The notes below the pieces were generated by a model. The model searched no databases. It saw only the letters and a list, made by a program, of their open reading frames with translations, and had not been told where the DNA came from. A DNA stretch of 50,265 nt from assembly GCA_009886115.1 (NCBI GenBank), contig VFJJ01000015.1, positions 1 through 50,265 of the forward strand, given 5' to 3'. The position numbers and the translations under genes are program-made. Of the stretch, positions 1-9,736 are shown piece by piece; position 1 is the first letter of the stretch; each line of letters opens with the position of its first letter. The stretch comes from Actinomycetota bacterium (lineage in GTDB: Bacteria > Actinomycetota > Acidimicrobiia > IMCC26256 > VFJJ01).

Positions 1-822
1 CCCAATCGCAAGGTCTCGAGGATGCATCGCTGCACGAACGCGGGATCGTCGACGAGCCGGTGCTCGTCCTGGGGGTGGCGAGCGACGTGATCGAGGATTC
101 GGTCCATGGTCTTGGGCAGCGTGGTCGCGCTGGTCCCGGCGCCGGTGAGGAGGAAGAACGCCACCTCGCGCACGATCACGTGATGGGGCAGGTCGAGCTG
201 CTCGGTGTTCTCGACGAGCACCCTCAGGACGTCGCGGGGCAGCTCGTCGTCGGTGATCTCGCCCCGGGCCCGCCGACCGAGCAGCCCCCGCCGGCGTTCG
301 AGCGACGGTGTCAGGAACTCGACGTCGAAGGCGTGCAAGGCCTCCACGATCTCGCGCTCCTTGGTCTCACGGTCCCCGGTGTAGTGCATGATCCGGGCGC
401 CGTCGACGAAGAGCAGCATGAGGGCGAGCAGGCGCTCGCTCTCTTGCCTGCTACCGATCGCGCGGTCGATCCCGGCGTTGACGGCAGCCAGGTTCAGCAT
501 CACCCGATGACCGAGCTCGAGCAGCTCGGCCCGTCCCTGCTCCAGGTACGGCGCCAATGTGGCGGCGAGCACGTCAGGGAACTGATCGCGCTCGTAGCGG
601 AAGTAAGGTGTCCCGGCGGAACAACGGGTTCTCGAGCCGCCGCCGGTCGCGGTGCTCGGTTCCGTGGAGGTTGACGAGCACACCCTCCATGACCGCGCCA
701 CCGTCATAGAGACCCTGGCGCATGTGCTTGGCCCGGTAGATCTCCTTCGCCTCCCGCCACGTCGTGATGGTGTGCTCGGCGAGGCCGGCCGGATCGCCGT
801 GATGGGTGATGAGCGCAGTCAT
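1..822 (-). pseudogene. Cytochrome P450 (paralog of 42510-43721 and 46850-48088), frameshifted at ~603-606 and truncated by the window edge
   Basis: ATG at 822 gives MTALITHH...LYDGGAVMEGVLVNLHGTEHRDRRRLENPLFRRDT. After skipping one base the frame continues FRYERDQFP...ELPRDVLRVL...REVAFFLLTGAGTSA...FVQRCILETLR (ExxR) and aligns with the two intact paralogs. The heme Cys lies outside the window. Could be a sequencing error. Confidence 0.8.
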
Positions 823-840
823 TGGATCCCCCGGGATGGG

Positions 841-891
841 GCTGACGCGATGCGGCCCGCACCACGGGGGTGCGGGCCGCATCGCGTCAGC
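841..891. terminator. Perfect 23-bp GC-rich hairpin downstream of the substrate-binding protein gene
   Basis: GCTGACGCGATGCGGCCCGCACC-acggg-GGTGCGGGCCGCATCGCGTCAGC, with no U-tract; terminator or mRNA-stabilising stem. Confidence 0.7.
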
Positions 892-926
892 TGGTGCCGA
901 CATGGTCCATCAGCAGAGCCCGGTGA

Positions 927-2156
927 TCAGCCAGTGATGTTCCAGAGGCTCTTGAAGTCGGCCTCGTAGGTGAGGACACCGACGTACGGCGCGGAAGTCC
1001 CCGTGTCGGCGTTGAGCTGCAGCGCGGCGTCGAGACCAGGGGAGCCCGTGAACAGGATCTGGGTCTCGATCGGCTGCAGGGGGTTGAAGTCGACCCCGGC
1101 CCGGATGCGGGCGTAGGTGTCGGCGAAGTAGTACCCCACCGGAATGACGGCGTTGCCGCCCCACGCCCACTCCTTGCCGGCCTTGACGTTGTTCAGGCTC
1201 TCGATGTTGGGGTCGTGCCCCATGACCTTCACCTTGGAGAGGTCGATACCGGCCTCCTCGAGCGCCACGGCCGTACCGAAGGCCTGGTCGCCGAAGGCGA
1301 AGAACACGTAGTTGGCCGTCGGGTCGGCCTGCAGGGCCGACACGATCTTGCCCGGGATGGCGCCCTCGAGGAGGTCCTGGATCGAGTTGTTGAGGACCGT
1401 GAGCTTGCAGTCGGGGCAGTTCTTGGCCAGCGTGTCCTTGATGACCGCGTCGCGGAACGCGATGATCGGGAAGTCGGGGATCGTCGAGTAGATGATGTTG
1501 GCGGTGCCGCCCGAATCGGCGATCACCCAGTTGGTCATCATCTCGATGGTCAGTTGCGAGTCGGCTGAACAGCCGATGCACGCGTAGATCCCGTTCTCCT
1601 CACCCAGCGGCGGGTTCACGGTGTACCCGTCGATGATCGGGATGCCCTTCGCTACCGCCGCGGCAGCGGCGTCCTGGAACTCCGAAAGCGGCCGGCCCGT
1701 GATCATGAGCACGTCGGCGCCGGAGTCGACGCCCTGCTGCATGACGGCGCCGACCTCGTCCTGGTTGCCCGGGTTGTAGGGCACTCGCGTGAGCTCCCAC
1801 CCGAGGATGTCGGAGGCGGCCTGGAGGCCGTCGCCGATGCTCGCGCAGACCGGGAAGTTGCACTCCGCCCAGAACACCTTCACGCCCTTGTCAGGGGTGG
1901 CGGGGAGCGGCTCGGCGATCTGGATCTTGGTCGGGTTCACGAGGAACGGCTGGATGAATGCCGTGGCGGCCTCGACCCCGGCGTTGCCGGTGGGCGGAGC
2001 AGTGGTGGCGCCGGCAACGGTGGTCTCACCGCTGGGCGCTGTCGTCTCGACGGTACCGGCGTCGTCGTCGTCGTCGTCGTCGCCGCATGCCGCGGCCACC
2101 AGTGCCATCGACAACGCGAGCGCAATCAGCGCAAGTCTTCTGGGCATTCGAATCAT
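927..2156 (-). CDS. Sugar-type (RbsB-like) ABC transporter substrate-binding lipoprotein
   Basis: Lipobox LVAAAC followed by Asp7 and a Thr-rich linker; periplasmic-binding-protein class I features (GIPIIDG, CPDC); divergent from the ATPase and permease; start trimmed to MIRMPRR. Confidence 0.85.
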   Translation of the reverse strand: MIRMPRRLALIALALSMALVAAACGDDDDDDDAGTVETTAPSGETTVAGATTAPPTGNAGVEAATAFIQPFLVNPTKIQIAEPLPATPDKGVKVFWAECNFPVCASIGDGLQAASDILGWELTRVPYNPGNQDEVGAVMQQGVDSGADVLMITGRPLSEFQDAAAAAVAKGIPIIDGYTVNPPLGEENGIYACIGCSADSQLTIEMMTNWVIADSGGTANIIYSTIPDFPIIAFRDAVIKDTLAKNCPDCKLTVLNNSIQDLLEGAIPGKIVSALQADPTANYVFFAFGDQAFGTAVALEEAGIDLSKVKVMGHDPNIESLNNVKAGKEWAWGGNAVIPVGYYFADTYARIRAGVDFNPLQPIETQILFTGSPGLDAALQLNADTGTSAPYVGVLTYEADFKSLWNITG

Positions 2157-2353
2157 GGACTCTCTCTTCCTGCAACGTACGGTCCGGCCCGATTCTCGGG
2201 CTCGGACAATCCCCCTGGCCCCCGCGGTCCCCGGCCCGATCGGGGTGACGGTGGCTGAAGACGTGAAACCTGATGATGATTCGGGCTCGCTGATTGTGCC
2301 CTCCGAACGGCGTCGAGGCAAGCTTCCACCACGGCGGTCGGGCGTGTCTTCGG

Positions 2354-2369
2354 ATCCATGATCAGGATT
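2354..2369. promoter_or_regulatory. Candidate operator, motif B (consensus AACCATGATCATGGTT)
   Basis: ATCCATGATCAGGATT in the divergent SBP/ATPase intergenic region; 13/16 match to the palindrome. Confidence 0.4.
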
Positions 2370-2448
2370 GCGCGAGAGACGGCACGTCCCGTAGCGTCCC
2401 CGCGGCGGGGTGCAGCGAGCACTCGCGCAACCCGGGGGGAGCGACGAC

Positions 2449-3996
2449 GTGTCTGGATCTGTGCTCGAGATTCGGGGACTCTCGAAGACGTTTCCTGGCC
2501 AGCATGCGTTGATCAACGTCGATTTCGACGTCGCGCCGGGTGAGGTGCACGCGCTCGTCGGCCAGAACGGATCCGGGAAGTCGACGCTCATCAAGATCCT
2601 GGCGGGTTACCACGATCCCGCTCCGGGCGCTTCGGCGAGCGTCACCCGCCAGCGACGCGGAGGCGAGTTGACCCACCTCCGCCTGGGCGATGCTCGAGCG
2701 GCCGAAGAGGCTGGAGTGCGATTCGTGCACCAGGATCTCGGGCTCGTCGAGACCCTCGGTGCTCACGAGAACCTGGCCCTGGGCGCCGGATTCCTCACCA
2801 ATCGCATGGGCACCATCTCCTGGCGGCAGGAGATAAAACGAGCGCGGGCGGCCTTGGCCGACCTGGGCTACCACATCGACCCTCGCAAGCCGGTCAAGGA
2901 GCTGTCTGCCGCCGAGCGCACCGGGATCGCCATCGCCCGGGCGCTGCAGAACTGGGATCGCGACGTGGAGCTTCTCGTGCTCGACGAGCCCACCGCCTCG
3001 CTGCCCGGACCGGAGGTGGAGCGGCTCTTCGACGTGATACGCACGGTCAAGGAGCGTGGGGTCGCCGTTGTCTACGTCTCACACCATCTGGACGAGGTCT
3101 TCCACATCGCCGATCGGGTCACCGTGCTCCGGGACGGGCGCAAGATCGACACCGTACCCACGTCTACCCTCGACCACGACAAGCTCGTAGAGCTGATCGT
3201 GGGTCGGGCACTCTACGCAGAGTTCGCGACCGACCTCTCGGAAGGTCGCGCCGGCGGACGGAAGGTGGTCCTCGCTGCACGCGGCTTGAGCAGCTCGAGT
3301 CTCCTGCACCTCGATCTCGACGTCACCGAGGGCGAGATCATCGGGGTCGCGGGCATCACAGGCTCGGGTCGTGAAGAGGTCGCTCGTGTGTTGTTCGGTG
3401 CGTTGCCTCGGACGGGCGTCGTGCAGATCGGCGGAGTCCACGTCGTTGGCGATCGACCAGACCTCTCCGTCCGCGCCGGGCTCGCCATGGTGCCGGCGGA
3501 TCGGAAGCAGGTGGGGATCATGCCGGAGATGGCCGTGCGCGAGAACATGACGCTCACTGATCTCCAGCCTTATTGGATCCAGGGATTGCTCCGGGTGCGC
3601 AAGGAGCGGTCCGAGGTTTCGACCTGGCTCGACACGCTCGACGTGCGACCACGTCAGACCGAGCGCCTCATCAAGACCCTCTCCGGAGGGAACCAGCAGA
3701 AGGTGCTCATCGCCAAGTGGCTGCGGGTGAAGCCCAAGGTGCTCGTCCTCGATGAGCCGACCCAGGGCGTGGACGTCGGCGCCAAGGCCGATATCCACCG
3801 CCTGGTGGATCACGCGGCGGAAGCGGGAGCGGCGGTGATCGTGTGTTCCACCGACACGGAGGAGTTGGTCCGCCTCTGTCATCGAGTCGTCGTCATGCAG
3901 CGCGGCGTTGCCCGTGCCGTGCTCACCGGCGACGAGATCACCGTCGACCGGATCAACCAACTTCAGCTACAGGTCGCCCAGGAGGCCACGGCATGA
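2449..3996 (+). CDS. Sugar-type ABC transporter ATP-binding protein (RbsA/MglA-like, two ABC domains)
   Basis: Walker A GQNGSGKST, LDEPT twice, LSGGNQQKV, GVDVGAK; GTG start after a GGGGGAG RBS. Confidence 0.95.
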   Translation: MSGSVLEIRGLSKTFPGQHALINVDFDVAPGEVHALVGQNGSGKSTLIKILAGYHDPAPGASASVTRQRRGGELTHLRLGDARAAEEAGVRFVHQDLGLVETLGAHENLALGAGFLTNRMGTISWRQEIKRARAALADLGYHIDPRKPVKELSAAERTGIAIARALQNWDRDVELLVLDEPTASLPGPEVERLFDVIRTVKERGVAVVYVSHHLDEVFHIADRVTVLRDGRKIDTVPTSTLDHDKLVELIVGRALYAEFATDLSEGRAGGRKVVLAARGLSSSSLLHLDLDVTEGEIIGVAGITGSGREEVARVLFGALPRTGVVQIGGVHVVGDRPDLSVRAGLAMVPADRKQVGIMPEMAVRENMTLTDLQPYWIQGLLRVRKERSEVSTWLDTLDVRPRQTERLIKTLSGGNQQKVLIAKWLRVKPKVLVLDEPTQGVDVGAKADIHRLVDHAAEAGAAVIVCSTDTEELVRLCHRVVVMQRGVARAVLTGDEITVDRINQLQLQVAQEATA

Positions 3997-5081
3997 GCAC
4001 CACCGCCGACGCAGGCGCGGTCGATCCGCCCGTCAACCGGTTGAGAAACGTGAGCCTGGGTCGCTATTCGGCCCTGATCCTGCTGGCGCTGTTCTTCGTC
4101 TACTTCGGACTCATCGACAGCACGACCAAGGATGTGTTCACCGACGGCAGCAACATCAAGGTGACGCTGGCTGCACGGGTCACGATCGGATTCCTGACCC
4201 TGGGCCTGCTCGTACCCCTCGCTGCAGGGATCTTCGATCTGTCGATCGGAGCCATGATGGGCTTCGCGTCCATGGTGCTCGCATGGATCGAACAGGAGAA
4301 TCGGGTTCCTGGCGGCGTCTTCGGAGCGTCAGTCGTCACGATCCTGATCTGCATGGTGTTTGGCTGGGTCAACGGCTTCCTCGTCGTGAAGCTCAACATC
4401 AACTCGTTCATTGCGACGCTGGGAATGAGTCAGGTGATCACCGCTGCGATGCTGTGGCGATCCGACAACCAGCGCATCGCCGATGTCTTCTCCGACGAGT
4501 TCCAGGACCTGGGGCGCAAGGAGTTCCTCACCCAGTCGCTGTCGGTCTGGTACCTCTTGGGCGCGGCCATCGTCATCTGGTACATGCTCGAGTACACGCC
4601 GTTCGGTCGGAAGTTGTTCGCAACCGGTGGTAACCCCGATGCCGCTCGGCTGGCGGGTGTTCGCACCGGCCGTTACATCTGGACCGCTCTCATCATCTCC
4701 TCGGTCATGGCCGCCCTCGGCGGGATCGTGTTCGACATGCGCCAGGGTGCGGCGTCACCGCAAACCGGGCCGCCCCTTTTGTTCCCAGCGTTCGCGGCCG
4801 TGTTCTTCGGAGCTACCCAGATCCGCAATCGTCCCAACGTCTGGGGCACGATGATCGCCATCGTGACCCTGGCCTTCGGCGCCAAGGGCCTCCAGCTCAA
4901 GTCCCCCGGCGTCTGGGTCGAGCCATTGTTCAACGGTCTCGCCTTGGCGATCGCCGTAGCTTTCGCCAGCTACCAGGGCGGGCTCCGCCTCCGTCGAAAG
5001 CGCGATCCTGAAGTGCCGTCGGGCAACCTCGCGGCCACGGTCTCGAGCCGAACGGATCTCGATGTCGACCCATCGGGCTGA
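3993..5081 (+). CDS. ABC transporter permease (RbsC-like)
   Basis: FDLSIG, INSFIATLG, FATGGNPDAARLAGV; multiple hydrophobic segments; ATGA overlap with the ATPase. Confidence 0.93.
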   Translation: MSTTADAGAVDPPVNRLRNVSLGRYSALILLALFFVYFGLIDSTTKDVFTDGSNIKVTLAARVTIGFLTLGLLVPLAAGIFDLSIGAMMGFASMVLAWIEQENRVPGGVFGASVVTILICMVFGWVNGFLVVKLNINSFIATLGMSQVITAAMLWRSDNQRIADVFSDEFQDLGRKEFLTQSLSVWYLLGAAIVIWYMLEYTPFGRKLFATGGNPDAARLAGVRTGRYIWTALIISSVMAALGGIVFDMRQGAASPQTGPPLLFPAFAAVFFGATQIRNRPNVWGTMIAIVTLAFGAKGLQLKSPGVWVEPLFNGLALAIAVAFASYQGGLRLRRKRDPEVPSGNLAATVSSRTDLDVDPSG

Positions 5082-5165
5082 ACCGACGGTCGTGTCCGCA
5101 CGCTCCGGCTCCGTCGCCGGGACGATCCTGCCCCTTCACCGCTCCTCGTCTCCTGGAGGTTGCTG

Positions 5166-7487
5166 ATGTCCATGGTTGGTACTCGGGTCATCCGCAAGGA
5201 AGATCCCAACCTCATCACCGGTCGTGGGCTGTTCACCGACGACGTGTCGATCATGGGCACGACGATCATGGCGTTCGTGCGCAGCACTGAGGCCCACGCC
5301 GACATCGTGTCGGTCGACCTCGCCGAGGCTCGGGCACTCCCGGGTGTGCTCGTGGTCATCACCGTCGACGATCTCGAGACCCAGGAACTCCCCGGGGCCT
5401 TCATGCGCACGGTGCTCGCCAAGGACCGCGTCCGGTTCGTCGGGGAGCCGATCGCGGTGGTCGTGGCGGAAGACCGGTACATCGCGGCCGACGCCGTGGA
5501 GCTGGTGCAGGTGACCTATCGCCCGCTGCCGTTGGTGATCACGCCGGTCGAGGCTCTGGCCGTCGGCGCTCCGCTCGTGCAGGAGGCGCTCGGTACCAAC
5601 GTGTGCTTCGAGGTTCCGTGGCCGCAGGAGCAGATCGACCAGGTCGATCGAGCGTTCGAGGCTGCGCCCCGGCAGGCTTCCACGACGTTCCACAGCCAGC
5701 GGGTGCACCCCGTGCCCATGGAGCCTTCTGCCATCCTCGCCGACTGGGGCCCCGACAAGCTCACGGTCTGGGCGTCCACGCAGATGCCCCACGGCTTGCG
5801 CAACTGCCTGTCGTCGTTTCTCGGGGTACCCCAGCACCAGTGCCGGGTGATCCAACCCGACGTCGGCGGGGGCTTCGGCGCCAAGGTGCAGCAATACCCC
5901 GAGCTGTTCCTGGCGCCCATCCTGTCGAAGCGCCTCGGCCGGCCGGTGAAGTACGTGCAGACGCGCACGGAGTGCTTCGCCATCATGTGCTCGGGACGCG
6001 ACCAGCATCACGAGATCGACGTGGCGTTCGACGACGACGGTCACATCCTCGGCCTGCGCAGTCTCATCCACGCCGACCTGGGGGCGTATCCCGACCTGCC
6101 CAACTCGTTCGGCATGCCCACGCTCACGAACTGGATGTCGTCGGGCTGTTACAAGATCCCGGCGATCGTCGCCGGATACAAATGCGTTCTCACCAACAAG
6201 ACGCCGCAGTCGGCGTATCGCGGTGCTGGTCGACCCGAGGCCTCGTTCCTCGCCGAGCGGGTCGTCGACCTCATTGCCGACGAGACCGGCATCGACCCGG
6301 CCGAGGTGCGGCTGCGCAACTTCATCCCCACCGACGAGTTCCCGTACAAGGTGCCGCACGCCGAGGTCTACTACGACTCGGGCAACTATCCCCTGTCTCT
6401 CCACGAGGCGTTGCGGCTGTGCGACTACGAGAACCTGAAGGTGGAGCGTGATCGACGCAACGCCGACGCTTCCGAGAAGCTGATGGGTATCGGGTTCTCG
6501 ACCTGGGTCGAGATCGCCGCGTTCGGACCCCGTGGTGCGCTCGAAGGCTTTGGTCACATCGGCAGCTACGAATCGGCCCAGGTGAAGATCCAGCCCGACG
6601 GCACGGCGATCATCGCCACCGGAGCCTCGCCGCACGGTCAGGGTACGCACACGACGCTGGCCATGATCGCCGCCGACGAGCTCCACATGTCGATCGACAA
6701 CATCACCGTCCGATCGGGCGACACCGACACGACACCGCAGGGCGTCGGCACCATGGGCTCGCGCACCGCAGCCATCGCCGGTGAAGCCACCAAGCAGGCG
6801 AGCATCAAGGTGTTCCAGAACGCATGCAAGATAGCGGCGCACATGCTCGAAGCGAACCCCGACGACCTCGAGTGCGTCGACGGCCTGTTCCAGGTGAAGG
6901 GTGTGCCGTCGAAGACCATCCCGTGGTCACAGGTCGGCTGGGCCGGTCTCTCGCCCACGCTGCTCCCCGACGACATCCCCGCCGGGTGCCTCGAGTCGAC
7001 GGTCTTCGCCGAGCCCACAGGGTTCACCTACCCGGCCGGGGCTTATGTGTGCGTGGTCGGAATCGATCGCGATACCGGTCACGTCGAGGTCGAGAAGTTC
7101 TACTCGGTCGACGACTGCGGCACGGTGATCAACCCGTTGCTCGCCGAGGGACAGGTTCAGGGTGGGATCATCCAGGGCATCGCCCAGGCGCTCTTCGAGG
7201 AGATGGTCTGGGACTCCGCCGGACAGCCCCTCACCACCACGCTCATGGACTACCTGGCGCCGGCCGCGTCCGACGTCCCGTCCATCATCGACGGGCGTAC
7301 CAACACGCCGACACCCCACAACTCGTTGGGCGCCAAGGGAATCGGCGAGTCGGGCACGATCGGCTCGACGCCTGCGGTGGTCAACGCCGTGGTCAACGCG
7401 CTGGCCCAGTACGGCGTCAAGAACATCGCCATGCCGATCAGCCCGCAGCGGGTGTGGCGCATCCTCAACCAGGCCCAGGGGGCGTGA
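5166..7487 (+). CDS. Xanthine dehydrogenase family molybdopterin-binding subunit (form II CoxL-like)
   Basis: [38 protein letters not shown]. Confidence 0.92.
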   Translation: MSMVGTRVIRKEDPNLITGRGLFTDDVSIMGTTIMAFVRSTEAHADIVSVDLAEARALPGVLVVITVDDLETQELPGAFMRTVLAKDRVRFVGEPIAVVVAEDRYIAADAVELVQVTYRPLPLVITPVEALAVGAPLVQEALGTNVCFEVPWPQEQIDQVDRAFEAAPRQASTTFHSQRVHPVPMEPSAILADWGPDKLTVWASTQMPHGLRNCLSSFLGVPQHQCRVIQPDVGGGFGAKVQQYPELFLAPILSKRLGRPVKYVQTRTECFAIMCSGRDQHHEIDVAFDDDGHILGLRSLIHADLGAYPDLPNSFGMPTLTNWMSSGCYKIPAIVAGYKCVLTNKTPQSAYRGAGRPEASFLAERVVDLIADETGIDPAEVRLRNFIPTDEFPYKVPHAEVYYDSGNYPLSLHEALRLCDYENLKVERDRRNADASEKLMGIGFSTWVEIAAFGPRGALEGFGHIGSYESAQVKIQPDGTAIIATGASPHGQGTHTTLAMIAADELHMSIDNITVRSGDTDTTPQGVGTMGSRTAAIAGEATKQASIKVFQNACKIAAHMLEANPDDLECVDGLFQVKGVPSKTIPWSQVGWAGLSPTLLPDDIPAGCLESTVFAEPTGFTYPAGAYVCVVGIDRDTGHVEVEKFYSVDDCGTVINPLLAEGQVQGGIIQGIAQALFEEMVWDSAGQPLTTTLMDYLAPAASDVPSIIDGRTNTPTPHNSLGAKGIGESGTIGSTPAVVNAVVNALAQYGVKNIAMPISPQRVWRILNQAQGA

Positions 7488-7492
7488 GCGCG

Positions 7493-7987
7493 ATGCAACG
7501 AGAAGTCACCATCTCCGTCAACGGCGCGACCCGCACCGACACCGTCGAGCCGCGGCTGTTGCTCGTGCACTATCTTCGGGAGCAACGACGCCTGACGGGC
7601 ACCCACATCGGCTGCGACACGTCGAACTGTGGTGCCTGCACGGTGCTGATCGACGGTCTCTCGGCCAAGTCCTGCACCGTGCTGGCCGTGCAGGCCGACG
7701 GTCACGAGGTGTCGACCATCGAGGGGCTGGCCGGTTCCGACGGCTCGTTCCACCCCGTGCAGGAAGGGTTCCGGCAGTGCCACGGGCTCCAATGCGGGTA
7801 TTGCACACCGGGGATGATCATGGCGTCGGTGGGGATCCTGGCCGACAACCCGCACCCTTCTGAGTCGGAGATCCGCATGGGTCTCGAAGGCAACATCTGT
7901 CGTTGCACGGGTTACCAGAAGATCGTCGAGGCGGTGCAGTGGGCAGCCGCCCACCCGCAACCGCAGCCTGCGGGTCAGGGAGGCTGA
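7493..7987 (+). CDS. [2Fe-2S] subunit (CoxS-like)
   Basis: [28 protein letters not shown]. Confidence 0.95.
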   Translation: MQREVTISVNGATRTDTVEPRLLLVHYLREQRRLTGTHIGCDTSNCGACTVLIDGLSAKSCTVLAVQADGHEVSTIEGLAGSDGSFHPVQEGFRQCHGLQCGYCTPGMIMASVGILADNPHPSESEIRMGLEGNICRCTGYQKIVEAVQWAAAHPQPQPAGQGG

Positions 7988-7990
7988 GGC

Positions 7991-8818
7991 GTGATTCCCC
8001 CGAAGTTCGACTACGTGAAGGCTCGTTCTGCCGACGAGGCCTTGGCGGCATTGGCCGAGCACGGCGAAGACGCCAAGCTCCTCGCCGGTGGCCACTCCCT
8101 CATTCCGCTCCTCAAGCTGCGCCTCTCGTCGCCGAGCGTGCTCATCGACATCGGGGAGATCGCAGATCTGAGCTACATCAACGACGGTGGCACACACATC
8201 GCAATCGGCGCGGCCACGACGCATCGCACCGTTGCGCACTCGGAGTTGCTGAGAGCCCAGGTGCCCCTACTCGCTCACGCCACCGGGCAGGTCGGCGATC
8301 CTCAGGTCCGCAACCGGGGGACGATCGGAGGCTCGATCGCTCACGGCGACCCGGCCTCCGATCAACCGGCCGTGCTCGTGGCGATCGACGCCGTGCTCGT
8401 GGCGCGGTCGGCAACAGGGAGCCAGCGTGAGATCCCCGCCGGCGAGTTCTTCCGGAGCTTCCTCGAGACGGCGTTGGCGCCCGACGAGATGCTCGTCGAG
8501 ATCCGTGTCCCGAAGATCCCCGGGGCGGGATGGTCGTTCCAGAAATTCAACCGACGTGCGCAGGACTGGGCGATCGTCGGCGTGGCGGCCGTCCTCGACG
8601 GGACTTCGGCTGGTATCGGCCTCGTCAACATGGGCGGAACGCCGGTGCGAGCGAAGGCGACCGAGGAGGCCCTCGCTGGTGGAGCCTCGCCGGCGGAGGC
8701 TGCCGCCCATGCGGCTGATGGCACCGACCCGCCGAGTGATCTCAACGCCGATCCCGACTACCGCTGCCACCTGGCCCGAGTGCTCGTGGGCCGTGCTCTC
8801 CACGAGGCGAGGAGCTGA
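7991..8818 (+). CDS. FAD-binding subunit (CoxM-like)
   Basis: LLAGGHSLIP, QVRNRGTIGGS, DPASD. Confidence 0.93.
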   Translation: MIPPKFDYVKARSADEALAALAEHGEDAKLLAGGHSLIPLLKLRLSSPSVLIDIGEIADLSYINDGGTHIAIGAATTHRTVAHSELLRAQVPLLAHATGQVGDPQVRNRGTIGGSIAHGDPASDQPAVLVAIDAVLVARSATGSQREIPAGEFFRSFLETALAPDEMLVEIRVPKIPGAGWSFQKFNRRAQDWAIVGVAAVLDGTSAGIGLVNMGGTPVRAKATEEALAGGASPAEAAAHAADGTDPPSDLNADPDYRCHLARVLVGRALHEARS

Positions 8819-8820
8819 AA

Positions 8821-8880
8821 CTCCCGCTTCTTTGTGGCTGCGCACCGCGTATGCGCGGTCTCAGACGCAAAGAACGGGGG
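8821..8880. terminator. Imperfect long hairpin between convergent genes
   Basis: Outer CCCG-c-TTCTTTG pairs with CAAAGAACGGG around an inner ACCGCGTA/TGCGCGGT stem. Confidence 0.5.
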
Positions 8881-8887
8881 TGTCGCG

Positions 8888-9736
8888 TCAACTCTGGCGC
8901 AGCAGGAGGCTCGCCGCGACTTCTGCCGGCATGCCGATCTCGACCCCCCGGTCGCGAGCCGGTGCGTTGCAGGCGCTGATGACGCCGTCGCGGTAGCTCG
9001 ACAGACCGTTGCCCATGCGTGCTCTCGTGGCGTCGACCGTGGCGCCGGCGAGCCCGTCGGCCTCCACGATGAACAGCCCGGCCATGCCCGAGTCGTCGAG
9101 ACCTCGTCCGCCGTCAGAGCAGATGAACCCCCAGGGACTCCATCGTCGAAGGTACTCGACCGCGCTCCGGCCGGTGTGGCCGGCAGTGACGAGCACGTTG
9201 CGACCCGAGTCCTCGGGGAGAGCGAACGCGATCGAGTCGGTGCACACGACGATCCGACCATCGGGTGCGGTCTCCATGACCGTCCGGTTTGTGATCTCCT
9301 CGGCAGCTTTGGTGACGGGGTCGAACACGAGCAGCCGACGGGCCGCCTCCGACACCGGCTGGCCGGGGACGACGCCAGCGTCGATCGCGAGTTGGTTGGC
9401 GAAGCTCACGATGCCGTGCTCGTAGAGGTGCACGCCGTTGCCCAGATGGGCCGTCATCACGTCGGCGACGGCCGCTGGTATCCCCAGCGCTTCGAGGTAC
9501 CACAGACCGGCGATCGCCGATCCCTCGGGGCCGACCCCGCAGTCCATGCCGATCGCGCCTCGCGGTCGGTGCTCGCCGATGAAACGGGCGGGTAACACCC
9601 CGCAGTACGACGAGTTGACACAGATGTCGCGGCCTCGGTTGCGCTCGTCGACGTCGTAGGCCGAGTCCATGGCCATGACCCGCCCGGCTGCGGCGTCAAA
9701 CATCACGGTCTGCTTGTCGGTCACCCACGCCGTCAT
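8888..9736 (-). CDS. Uncharacterised protein with an internal two-domain duplication (paralog of 26562-27464)
   Basis: 282-aa ORF with a GGAGGAGG RBS and ATGA overlap with the upstream ligase; both halves share DS, DxGxG..AGL, AxxGNG and SxxN..GVxxG motifs. Confidence 0.85.
   Translation of the reverse strand: MTAWVTDKQTVMFDAAAGRVMAMDSAYDVDERNRGRDICVNSSYCGVLPARFIGEHRPRGAIGMDCGVGPEGSAIAGLWYLEALGIPAAVADVMTAHLGNGVHLYEHGIVSFANQLAIDAGVVPGQPVSEAARRLLVFDPVTKAAEEITNRTVMETAPDGRIVVCTDSIAFALPEDSGRNVLVTAGHTGRSAVEYLRRWSPWGFICSDGGRGLDDSGMAGLFIVEADGLAGATVDATRARMGNGLSSYRDGVISACNAPARDRGVEIGMPAEVAASLLLRQS

Noticed and set aside
5079..5096. Additional motif A copy (TGAACCGACGGTCG)
   Set aside because: Needs a gap to align; too weak in GC-rich DNA
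5166..8818. Aerobic CO dehydrogenase (coxLSM)
   Set aside because: Has AYRGAGR rather than the form I AYxCSFR motif; no accessory cox genes
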